DNA from: Candidatus Latescibacterota bacterium
GTDB lineage: Bacteria; Latescibacterota; UBA2968; UBA8231
NCBI GenBank assembly: GCA_965221775.1
Contig: CBDCSU010000006.1
Span: 1,184,001-1,248,000, forward strand
DNA: 64,000 nucleotides
Direction: 5' to 3'
Every line of letters starts with the position of its first letter. Within the stretch, counting starts at the first letter, position 1. The translations under genes were made by a program, and so were the position numbers. Below the pieces are notes generated by a model that saw only the letters and a program-made list of their open reading frames with translations, made no database searches and was not told the origin of the DNA. Positions 28,594 to 36,625 of the stretch are shown here, piece by piece.

Positions 28594-31500
28594 ACCGCGA
28601 CGGCTATATCGCGCAGGCCGCCGCGCTGGAAGTCGACCGGGTCATCCGGGAAGCCGGACATTTCTTCTGCCCCGAGCTTCCGGCCATGGACGTCCAGCGC
28701 TTCCTCTCCGCCCTAGCGGAACTCACTGACGACGTGGCCGGGGTGTCCCTCGCACTCGTCGGTTACGAGGTGTCGGAGACCGACCTGCGCGATCGGCTGA
28801 ACGCCATGGCACTGCCGGTCAGGCACGTGACGACTGATCTTCATGTAGCAGCGAAGTGGCGCAACGAGCCGGACAAGCATACGAACATCATCGCGCTCGC
28901 GACTGGCCGCTACCCCGGCGTCAGCACACTCGCGCACTTCCCGCAGGGCAACGCCCGCACCCTGGCGACGCGACTGCTCACATGGGCCCGGACCGAGCAG
29001 GCAGGACTCGCGTCCACCCCCGCGCAACGACGGCTCCTCGAAGCGCTCGCCGAGACTCGCGCCCTGTCCCCGCTGGTGTCCCTGAACGGCGTCGCCGGGT
29101 TTCTCGCGACTTGGAGCGCGAGCCAAGCGGAGGACGCGCTCGATGCGCCCCGCGGTGCGTTACCCCGTCTCGGCATTCTACCAGACCGGAAACTGTTCGG
29201 AGCCGTCGACGAGATCCCTCAGCGCCTGTCGCAGAATTACCGTTTGACCCAGAACTTGGCCAAGATGCCCGGACAGACGCTCGAGGCGATTCGCCGCCGG
29301 ATCCGCAGAAGCCGGTCCCCACATCGCGCCAGACGCCTGGAGATTCTCGAAAGGGTGGAGGCAATCCGCCACACGGGCGGCTTCGATACCTTCAGCGCGC
29401 TGGACTACGAGGACGCACGGGGAATCCTCTCACCTCCGAAGGACGATCGGGCACCCGGCCCACCCGCTGACCCCGACCAGGAGCAGAGAGACAACGGCTT
29501 GCCACGCGACACGCTCGACGAGAGGGATGTCTCGAGAGAGGGTGGCGAAGCGCTTCTCGACGGGGATGACAAGACGCTACAGGACATCACTGAGCGCGTC
29601 GGCCAGGCTCTCCACGATGCGATGGAGGAGGACGAAGACGAGGCCAGCGGCGAGTACGCCGTCAATGGTGACGAACGCCGGTTCGAACTCCAGATCGACC
29701 GCGAACTTCTGACCTGGGTTCGCTTCTTCTGTGGGGCCGATGCTTGGGGTGGGTGCTTCGAAACGCGAGACCCGTCCCTCGAGACCGCACTGCGCCACTA
29801 CGGCCAATGCGAGCCGATCCAGATCCGGCCGACAGAAGCAACGATTGCCCACATCGACGAGATGCACGATCTGCGCTCGGCCATCAAGCTCATGCAGGAC
29901 GCGTTGCACCGCGCCGGGATCACCTCGGAAGACTTCTGCGGGCTCTGGGACCGCATCGTGGCTGCGCGCCGGGTGTTGCTGGAGGATCTCGAATTCCTGC
30001 TCTTCCAGCCAACATTGGCGATCGCCGGCAAGCCGAAGCTCCGGGCGGCAGCGGCCGAACTCGTCCAAGCTTGGGAGCGCCTCTACGACAGGTTGGCCCA
30101 CCATCACAAGGACATGGAGCGAATTGACCGGGCCTGGACTCACATGCTCCTGGAAGCCGTCGCCTCGCTCGACGTCGTCCAGATCAAGACCAGGCTGGAT
30201 GCCCGACGATCGTCCTGGAAAGCGATCCTGCTGCCGACCCATCCCCTGCATCTGTGGCGCTACGAGAGAATGGCCACGCTTGCCCGCGGACTGGGACTCG
30301 AGGGACTAGACCGCATAGCAGTGCTTGAGCAGCTCGAACAGCCCGAGCACTATCTCGGCGTGCTCTGGCTCACGAGCTTCCCCGAGGGCAGAGGCGGAAG
30401 CCAGCCACTGCCCGTCGCGCGTGACTATCGCGGGCTGGGGGTCTTCGAGAACCTGCGAAATGCCTATAGCGGAAGTGACGGGGTCGAGGCGCTGCAACGC
30501 TGCGTTCGCCAGTTCGCACAAATCTACGTAAACCATACACAACCGCTGCGGCTTGCCTTGGTCAATCCGCCGAACGCAAGCGAGATGCTGTTGACCCTGC
30601 TCAAGGACAGTCGCGGGCGCCTCGCTCCCCCAGTGCCCTTGCTCGTCGACATCTATGCGACGCAGAACCATGAGGCCCGCATCGTCGGCGCGCGACGGTT
30701 CTCCACCGAGGACCGCGACCAGATCGAAGAACACATCGGCAACGGACGACTGCGGCTGCGCGTCCATGACCGCGTGACATCGCTGGAGGAACGGCTTCGC
30801 AGCTTCCAGGAGAAACCCGTCCACATCATCGCCGTGTTCGACGAAGCCACAACCAGCATGCGCCAGCAGCCCGGCGGCATCAATCTGCTACCCATGAGTC
30901 CGTTCGCAACGCGTCGGCGGATCGACTATCAGGCGATCAGCGGACAAGTTGAACTCCTGCCGTCACTGGAGGAGTCGGTGTTCCGGGCCTTTTACGACAT
31001 GCAGGGCAAACTGGATGCTCGGTCCGGTCAGACACCGCAAGCGACCGCCGACGCCCAGCAGATGCGCGAGCATATCGAGTCTGTCCTCACGGGCACCTGC
31101 CCGGGCGCGTTCTGGTTCTTCTTCGCCGATCGGGCGCTGCCCTCGCCCAGCGGTGCGCGGGTGGCGCGCATCCTGGAGCGACGCGACGGGCGGCGTCGCT
31201 CAGTCTGCTACGACGCGAGTTACGAGCGCTTGGCGCTGCTGCTCCGACAGCCACTGGACCAGTTCAATCTCCGCTTCTCCCCGCAACAACTCAAGGAGCT
31301 TATGGAAGAAGGCGTTATTCTGCTGGGCGATGGGCTGATCGATCTCTTCGGGGCCGACGGGCAGCCCGACCCAGCACGGGTCCTTGGCTTTGCCGGCATG
31401 CTGATCGCCGCTCGCGACTACAAGGCACGCCACCCCCAAGCGCTCGTCGTGTCCGTCGATACCCGTCTCGCACGCTTGTGGTTGCGCCTTTCCGATTCCG

Positions 31501-33281
31501 GCGAGCGCTGCGACCTCCTAGGTCTGCGCCATGAGGACGGCACGATGGTCGTCGAGGCAATCGAGGTGAAGACCGTCGGGACCGGCAGTGACGCCGTCGC
31601 ACAGGCGGACATCGAGAAGGCAACCGGTCAACTCGCATCCACGCTCGCCGCCATCCAGTCGGGCTTGGAGGAGAACGAGGAATCCTCGCCGCTTGCCGCC
31701 CCGCGCCAGGAAATGCTCAAGGAACTATTCGTGTCGGGCTGCCAGGCGCTGAAAGCCGGTCGCGAGGACCGCGAGCGTTGGGTGGAGTGGCTGCGGGTGC
31801 TGTTTCGCGAGATCGAGGGCGCCACCGAGACCCAGCTGCGCGGTACGGTCTACGCCGTTGAACTCAGCCACAACGGTCCGCCCGAGGAGGCAATCCTCGA
31901 CGCCACCTCTCATGCCATCGTCCTGCGCCGTGTCAGGGAAGCGCGGATCCAGCAACTGCTCTCCCCGGAAGTGCCTCCCCCGCAGGGCGACGACGACCCG
32001 ACCGATCCCAACCCTCCGACCCAAGACACGGCTCCCCCCAGAGGCTTTGCGGCCCCGCCACCCACCTCGCGTCCCGAGGATACCGCCGAACCGACCGCCG
32101 GCAGTTCTGCATCACCGCCCCCGGGACCCATCCCGATGGAGTCAGGAGTCGCCCCCGACCTAGACCCGGGCGTCCGATTCCCGGTCGGGGAACGTCTCGC
32201 AGGGCACGCGCAAAACCCCCTCTATCTGCACCCGAGCAATACCAAGCTCACGCAGCTCAATATCGGAATCGTCGGCGATCTTGGGACTGGCAAGACGCAA
32301 CTGACAAAAGCCCTGATCTACAACTTTGTCCGCAGCGCCAAGCAGAACCGAGGCCACGCCCCCAAATTCCTTGTCTTCGACTACAAGCGCGACTACACCA
32401 AGCCTGACTTCGTCGAGGCGGTAGGCGCCCGGGTCGTCAACCCCCACCGCATCCCCCTCAACATCTTCGACCTTCACGCGGCAGGAGACCGCACGCCGTC
32501 CGCCCGGCTCGGCCGCGTGAAGTTCCTGAACGACGCCCTGCAGAAGATCTACGGCGGAATCGGCCCGCGGCAGAGAAACCTTCTCAAGTCTGCCGTGATG
32601 CAGGCCTACGACACCGCTCCGGACGGCGTTCCGACCCTAGTCGATGTCCTACGTGCCTATGAGTCCCTCATCGGAGACAAAGTAGACGCGCCCTACAGCA
32701 TCCTCTCCGACCTCGTCGACTTGGAGATTTTCGTCGACCGCGCGGCCGATGCTCAGCACTTCAGCGACTTCTTTACCGGCGTCACCATCGTCGACCTCGC
32801 CTCTCTCGGAATCGGCGACAGGGAGCGAAACATGCTCCTCGTTCTGTTCCTCAACCTCTACTACGAATACATGACCAATCTGGTTAAGCGCCCCTATGTC
32901 GGACGCGATCCGCAACTTCGCTTCATCGATTCGATGCTTCTAGTCGACGAAGCCGACAACATCATGAAGTACAACTTTGATGTTCTGCGCCAGATCCTCC
33001 TTCAAGGACGGGAGTTCGGCATCGGTGTCCTCCTTGCCTCCCAATTCCTCTCCCACTTCCGCACCCGTGACACCGACTACTCCGAGCCGCTCCTGACGTG
33101 GTTCGTCCACAAAGTACCAAACGTCACCCCACGCCAGTTGGAAGCCATCGGCTTAAGCAGAGTCCCAACTTCGACGGTCGAACAGGTCAAGGCGCTGGAT
33201 GTTCACGAGTGTCTGTTCAAGACGCTGGCGGTTCCAGGACGTTTCATGCGGGCATTGCCTTTCTATGAGCTTATGGGGTAG
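28590..33281 (+). CDS. DptH/DndH-like protein: PD-(D/E)xK nuclease + HerA/FtsK-type ATPase (1563 aa)
   Basis: TTGA overlap start; CDLLGL...IEVKT nuclease motif; NIGIVGDLGTGKTQ Walker A, LVFDYKRDY, LLVDEAD Walker B, GREFG..LASQ. Confidence 0.75.
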   Translation: MNRDGYIAQAAALEVDRVIREAGHFFCPELPAMDVQRFLSALAELTDDVAGVSLALVGYEVSETDLRDRLNAMALPVRHVTTDLHVAAKWRNEPDKHTNIIALATGRYPGVSTLAHFPQGNARTLATRLLTWARTEQAGLASTPAQRRLLEALAETRALSPLVSLNGVAGFLATWSASQAEDALDAPRGALPRLGILPDRKLFGAVDEIPQRLSQNYRLTQNLAKMPGQTLEAIRRRIRRSRSPHRARRLEILERVEAIRHTGGFDTFSALDYEDARGILSPPKDDRAPGPPADPDQEQRDNGLPRDTLDERDVSREGGEALLDGDDKTLQDITERVGQALHDAMEEDEDEASGEYAVNGDERRFELQIDRELLTWVRFFCGADAWGGCFETRDPSLETALRHYGQCEPIQIRPTEATIAHIDEMHDLRSAIKLMQDALHRAGITSEDFCGLWDRIVAARRVLLEDLEFLLFQPTLAIAGKPKLRAAAAELVQAWERLYDRLAHHHKDMERIDRAWTHMLLEAVASLDVVQIKTRLDARRSSWKAILLPTHPLHLWRYERMATLARGLGLEGLDRIAVLEQLEQPEHYLGVLWLTSFPEGRGGSQPLPVARDYRGLGVFENLRNAYSGSDGVEALQRCVRQFAQIYVNHTQPLRLALVNPPNASEMLLTLLKDSRGRLAPPVPLLVDIYATQNHEARIVGARRFSTEDRDQIEEHIGNGRLRLRVHDRVTSLEERLRSFQEKPVHIIAVFDEATTSMRQQPGGINLLPMSPFATRRRIDYQAISGQVELLPSLEESVFRAFYDMQGKLDARSGQTPQATADAQQMREHIESVLTGTCPGAFWFFFADRALPSPSGARVARILERRDGRRRSVCYDASYERLALLLRQPLDQFNLRFSPQQLKELMEEGVILLGDGLIDLFGADGQPDPARVLGFAGMLIAARDYKARHPQALVVSVDTRLARLWLRLSDSGERCDLLGLRHEDGTMVVEAIEVKTVGTGSDAVAQADIEKATGQLASTLAAIQSGLEENEESSPLAAPRQEMLKELFVSGCQALKAGREDRERWVEWLRVLFREIEGATETQLRGTVYAVELSHNGPPEEAILDATSHAIVLRRVREARIQQLLSPEVPPPQGDDDPTDPNPPTQDTAPPRGFAAPPPTSRPEDTAEPTAGSSASPPPGPIPMESGVAPDLDPGVRFPVGERLAGHAQNPLYLHPSNTKLTQLNIGIVGDLGTGKTQLTKALIYNFVRSAKQNRGHAPKFLVFDYKRDYTKPDFVEAVGARVVNPHRIPLNIFDLHAAGDRTPSARLGRVKFLNDALQKIYGGIGPRQRNLLKSAVMQAYDTAPDGVPTLVDVLRAYESLIGDKVDAPYSILSDLVDLEIFVDRAADAQHFSDFFTGVTIVDLASLGIGDRERNMLLVLFLNLYYEYMTNLVKRPYVGRDPQLRFIDSMLLVDEADNIMKYNFDVLRQILLQGREFGIGVLLASQFLSHFRTRDTDYSEPLLTWFVHKVPNVTPRQLEAIGLSRVPTSTVEQVKALDVHECLFKTLAVPGRFMRALPFYELMG

Positions 33282-33702
33282 TGCAGACATCGGCATCACG
33301 TCGAACCCTTCGGTCCCCCACATCCTCCCCCAAGCCGCTCCGGATGGCTACGGGACCCAACCGTCTCTACACCCTTAGCCAATTGATCTCAAATTGCCTC
33401 CTGTGACCTTCCTCCATAACTTCCTCAGCCTTGGTTTTCCCACCCCTCCGAGATACCGACCCCACAACCACTTCACTTCCCCATGCCAGTCACCAACATC
33501 CGAGCGCGGGGCCCCTCAAGGAGACCGCGTCCGAGCCATGCTCGCTTCCCAAGCCCCCACCGGGCTGTCGTCAAGGCTCCACCCATTAACCTCCCCCGCC
33601 CAACGCGCCCAGTACAATGCTCGGACGGCGGAGCTTCGTTCATCCACTAACCTTCCCCGCGTCTGACCAGCCCGATCCCACCCACGAAAGAGGCATCTTG
33701 GA

Positions 33703-35049
33703 ATGGCACAGCAACCAGAGAGCAAGTCTCCCGACAAGAATGAGGACCCGGGCTTCACTGCACTCTCCGTCAGTGGCTTCAAGTCCCTCCGTGAGGAGAG
33801 TCGGATTGAAATCAGGCCCCTCACTGTATTGGCTGGCGCCAACAGTTCCGGCAAATCCTCCATGATGCAACCCCTCCTTCTCCTAAAGCAGACCGTTGAA
33901 GCAAGCTATGACCCCGGATTGCTGTTGTTGAATGGTCCTAATGCCAAGTTCACGTCCGTCAACGAATTCCGACCACGTTGGACGCAAGACTCCAATGGTC
34001 AGCCATTTGCCGTGCAAATAGAGAAGGTAGCGTTTGACTTCTCCATCAAGTGGGTGTTCGACTACGAAGAAGATTCCGGGGTGACCCTTAAGCAAGTGAA
34101 CATCCTCGAAGACGGCAGGAGTCTACGCTTGCGACACTCCCAGGGTCCGAGCCAAATAAAGAGGGCCATTGCAGGCTTTTTCGGGGACATAGATTGGCCC
34201 AAGGGCTTACAGTTGCAGATCACGAGGGACCGCTGCATGCTGCAGGTCGAGCCGAAACAGCCTACTACCAAGGAGGATCTTACGCTACCTCATGCCCGCG
34301 TCCTCTTCTTCACCAGAATCTTCTCTGAGGTTGTAAGAAGGAGATTGGGAGCAGTCATTCATGTCCCGGGACTACGCGGCAATCCTGAGCGAGGTTATCC
34401 TAGAACAGGCTCGGGACCGACATTCCCAGGCGCCTTTCAGAATTACGTCGCAACCATTGTCGCCCACTGGCAAGAGGAGGGGAACAAAGAACAGCTGCGG
34501 GCACTTGAGACGATGCTCTCAGATCTCGGCCTCACCAGGAAGGTCTTAGTGAGAGCAATCGATGACTCAACAATAGAGTTGCGCATTGGTCGTCTTCCGC
34601 ACTCGGACTCTGCCACGGACCTCGTAAGTATCGCGGATGTTGGTCTCGGTGTATCACAGGTCTTGCCTGTACTTGTCGCGCTTCTCGTTGCCGAACATGG
34701 ACAAACGGTGTATATCGAGCAACCTGAGCTGCATTTGCACCCTAGGGCGCAGTACACGCTAGGCAAAATGCTGGCCGAGACGGCCAAGCGAGGAGTGAAG
34801 CTTGTTGTCGAGACGCATAGCGGCTTACTGTTGCTTAGCGTACAGACGCTAGTAGCACAAGGGACTCTTGACTCTGAGTTAGTCAAGCTGCATTGGTTTA
34901 CCCGAGATTCCGAGAACGGCATGACGGACATTCATAGCGCGAATCTGGACGAGGATGGTGCGTTCGCAGATTGGCCGGAGGACTTTGGTGATGTGGAACT
35001 AAGAGCGGAGGGTGAATATTTGGATGCTGTGGAAAGCCGTGGCAAGTAG
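33703..35049 (+). CDS. ABC/AAA_15-AAA_21-type ATPase (DUF3696-like C-terminus)
   Basis: GFKSL, LAGANSSGKSS, ADVGLGVSQVLP, IEQPELHLHP, VETHS, WPEDFGD; visibly lower GC. Confidence 0.85.
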   Translation: MAQQPESKSPDKNEDPGFTALSVSGFKSLREESRIEIRPLTVLAGANSSGKSSMMQPLLLLKQTVEASYDPGLLLLNGPNAKFTSVNEFRPRWTQDSNGQPFAVQIEKVAFDFSIKWVFDYEEDSGVTLKQVNILEDGRSLRLRHSQGPSQIKRAIAGFFGDIDWPKGLQLQITRDRCMLQVEPKQPTTKEDLTLPHARVLFFTRIFSEVVRRRLGAVIHVPGLRGNPERGYPRTGSGPTFPGAFQNYVATIVAHWQEEGNKEQLRALETMLSDLGLTRKVLVRAIDDSTIELRIGRLPHSDSATDLVSIADVGLGVSQVLPVLVALLVAEHGQTVYIEQPELHLHPRAQYTLGKMLAETAKRGVKLVVETHSGLLLLSVQTLVAQGTLDSELVKLHWFTRDSENGMTDIHSANLDEDGAFADWPEDFGDVELRAEGEYLDAVESRGK

Positions 35050-35573
35050 TGGCAAAACAGAGCTGTCGTCGATTGGTGATTGATGCCAATATTGCCCGAT
35101 CTGCGGCGGAAACCGAAGACAATGTCTCAAGTGCGTGCCGGAGATTCCTGGAGGCGGTATTGTGGAGTGGCCATTCTGCCGTGATGTCAGATACCCTTAC
35201 GACAGAGTGGAAGCAGCACTCATCCGGGTATTCGAGAACTTGGCGAGTGAGGATGTATGCACGAAAACGGATTGTGCGAGTCCCGGTAGATCCCGATGAG
35301 ACTTTGCGTAGCCGCTTATGTGCTGCTGTCCAGATCGAGAGTGGAACCACCGTTGATGAAGATGCGCATCTTGTCGAGGCTGCGATTGTAACCGATAGGA
35401 GCATAGCCTCATGCGATGAGAAGGCTCGTAAGGTCTTTGCAGAAGCATCTGGCAGAGTAGGAGAGATAGGGACTATTGTGTGGGTGAATCCGACAACGGA
35501 GGCTGAAGCTCCCGTTTCCTGGCTTCAGGCAGGCGCACCGGCCGAGAGCCATCGTCATCTAGCGAACGGCTGA
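35049..35573 (+). CDS. PIN-like domain hypothetical protein
   Basis: LVIDANI, EW, EDAHLVEAA, IASCD acidic pattern; 1-nt overlap with the ATPase stop. Confidence 0.6.
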   Translation: MAKQSCRRLVIDANIARSAAETEDNVSSACRRFLEAVLWSGHSAVMSDTLTTEWKQHSSGYSRTWRVRMYARKRIVRVPVDPDETLRSRLCAAVQIESGTTVDEDAHLVEAAIVTDRSIASCDEKARKVFAEASGRVGEIGTIVWVNPTTEAEAPVSWLQAGAPAESHRHLANG

Positions 35574-35651
35574 TCCGCACGCTGGTACGCGGGAGTTGAT
35601 GGTCAATTATCCATGGATGGGAGGGTTCTTGGGCGTTCGATCTTCAGTCGC

Positions 35652-36485
35652 TCACAACCCCAGCAACCCCGCCATGTTCCCCCCCAGAACCAGCCCCCGG
35701 TCCGCCTCCGGGATGAAGCCGCAGTGCGTCCGCACCGCCTCCAGTGACTGCTGGTAGGTCATGTACCACAGCACCGGCGGGTAGTCGGAGGCCCAGCACA
35801 GGCGCGCCGGGCCGTAGCGCTCGTAGAGCTTGCGGACCATCCACATGGTGTCGGAGTAGGGGTACTCCCAGTCGACCTGGGAGACGTAGGCGAAGCCGGA
35901 CAGCTTCAGGTGGATGTTCGGCACCTCCGCCGACTTGAGGACTTCCTCGAAGTTGGGATAGGGCGGCTGCTCCGAGGCCCGGGTGCCGGCCATGTGGTGG
36001 CCGAGGATGACCAGCTCGGGGAAGCGGCGGGCGAGCTTGCGCACGTGGGGGTGCCAGGGGGCGCCGAAGGCGAGGCTGGCGATCAGGCCGCGTTCGGCGG
36101 CGGTGCCGAAGAAGGCCAGGCCCTCGTCGGACTCGAGCCAGTCGTAGTCGTCGGTGAGATAGTGGGTGAAGCCTTTGAGCTCGAGGCGGTCGGCGGTCTC
36201 GGCGAGGCGGGCGGCGGCGCCGGGTGTGTGGTAGGTGGGCGACCAGGAGCAGTCGACGTCGGCGAAGCAGGTGATGCGGTCAGGGTAGCGTTTCGCCGAC
36301 TCGGCGCCGTACTCGTTGTTGCGGGGGTTGTGGTCGAGGTTGGCGCAGACGAGCACGGCGTGGTCGACGCCGTTGCGGTCCATCTCCCAGAGCAGCTTCT
36401 CCACGCGGCCGTGGCTCTCCGGGTTGGGCACCTGCGGCTCGTAGGGCCAGTACTCCCAGGCGTGGGTGTGGCAGTCGACGATCAC
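35652..36485 (-). CDS. amidohydrolase_2 family protein
   Basis: IVDCHTH, ILGHH, LKLSG, WASDYP. Confidence 0.9.
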   Translation of the reverse strand: MIVDCHTHAWEYWPYEPQVPNPESHGRVEKLLWEMDRNGVDHAVLVCANLDHNPRNNEYGAESAKRYPDRITCFADVDCSWSPTYHTPGAAARLAETADRLELKGFTHYLTDDYDWLESDEGLAFFGTAAERGLIASLAFGAPWHPHVRKLARRFPELVILGHHMAGTRASEQPPYPNFEEVLKSAEVPNIHLKLSGFAYVSQVDWEYPYSDTMWMVRKLYERYGPARLCWASDYPPVLWYMTYQQSLEAVRTHCGFIPEADRGLVLGGNMAGLLGL

Positions 36486-36625
36486 GGGTCAGGTCCTCCT
36501 CGGGGGATCGGGGCGAAAGCCGCCGGGCGGCGGCGGGCGGGCATCTTAGCGCCCCGGCCTCGAGGCGGGCAAATGCGGGACCCGCCGATTGCCGCGGTCC
36601 TCGGCTCCCGGCTACAATAGGGCCG

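Noticed and set aside
23354-33281. Calling the operon canonical Druantia or canonical Dnd R-M
   Set aside because: No DruE helicase/DUF1998 or DruBCD, and no dndABCDE; only parts of each system are recognisable
22550-35650. Defence island as prophage/ICE/transposon
   Set aside because: No integrase, transposase, phage or conjugation genes; no terminal direct or inverted repeats found by eye
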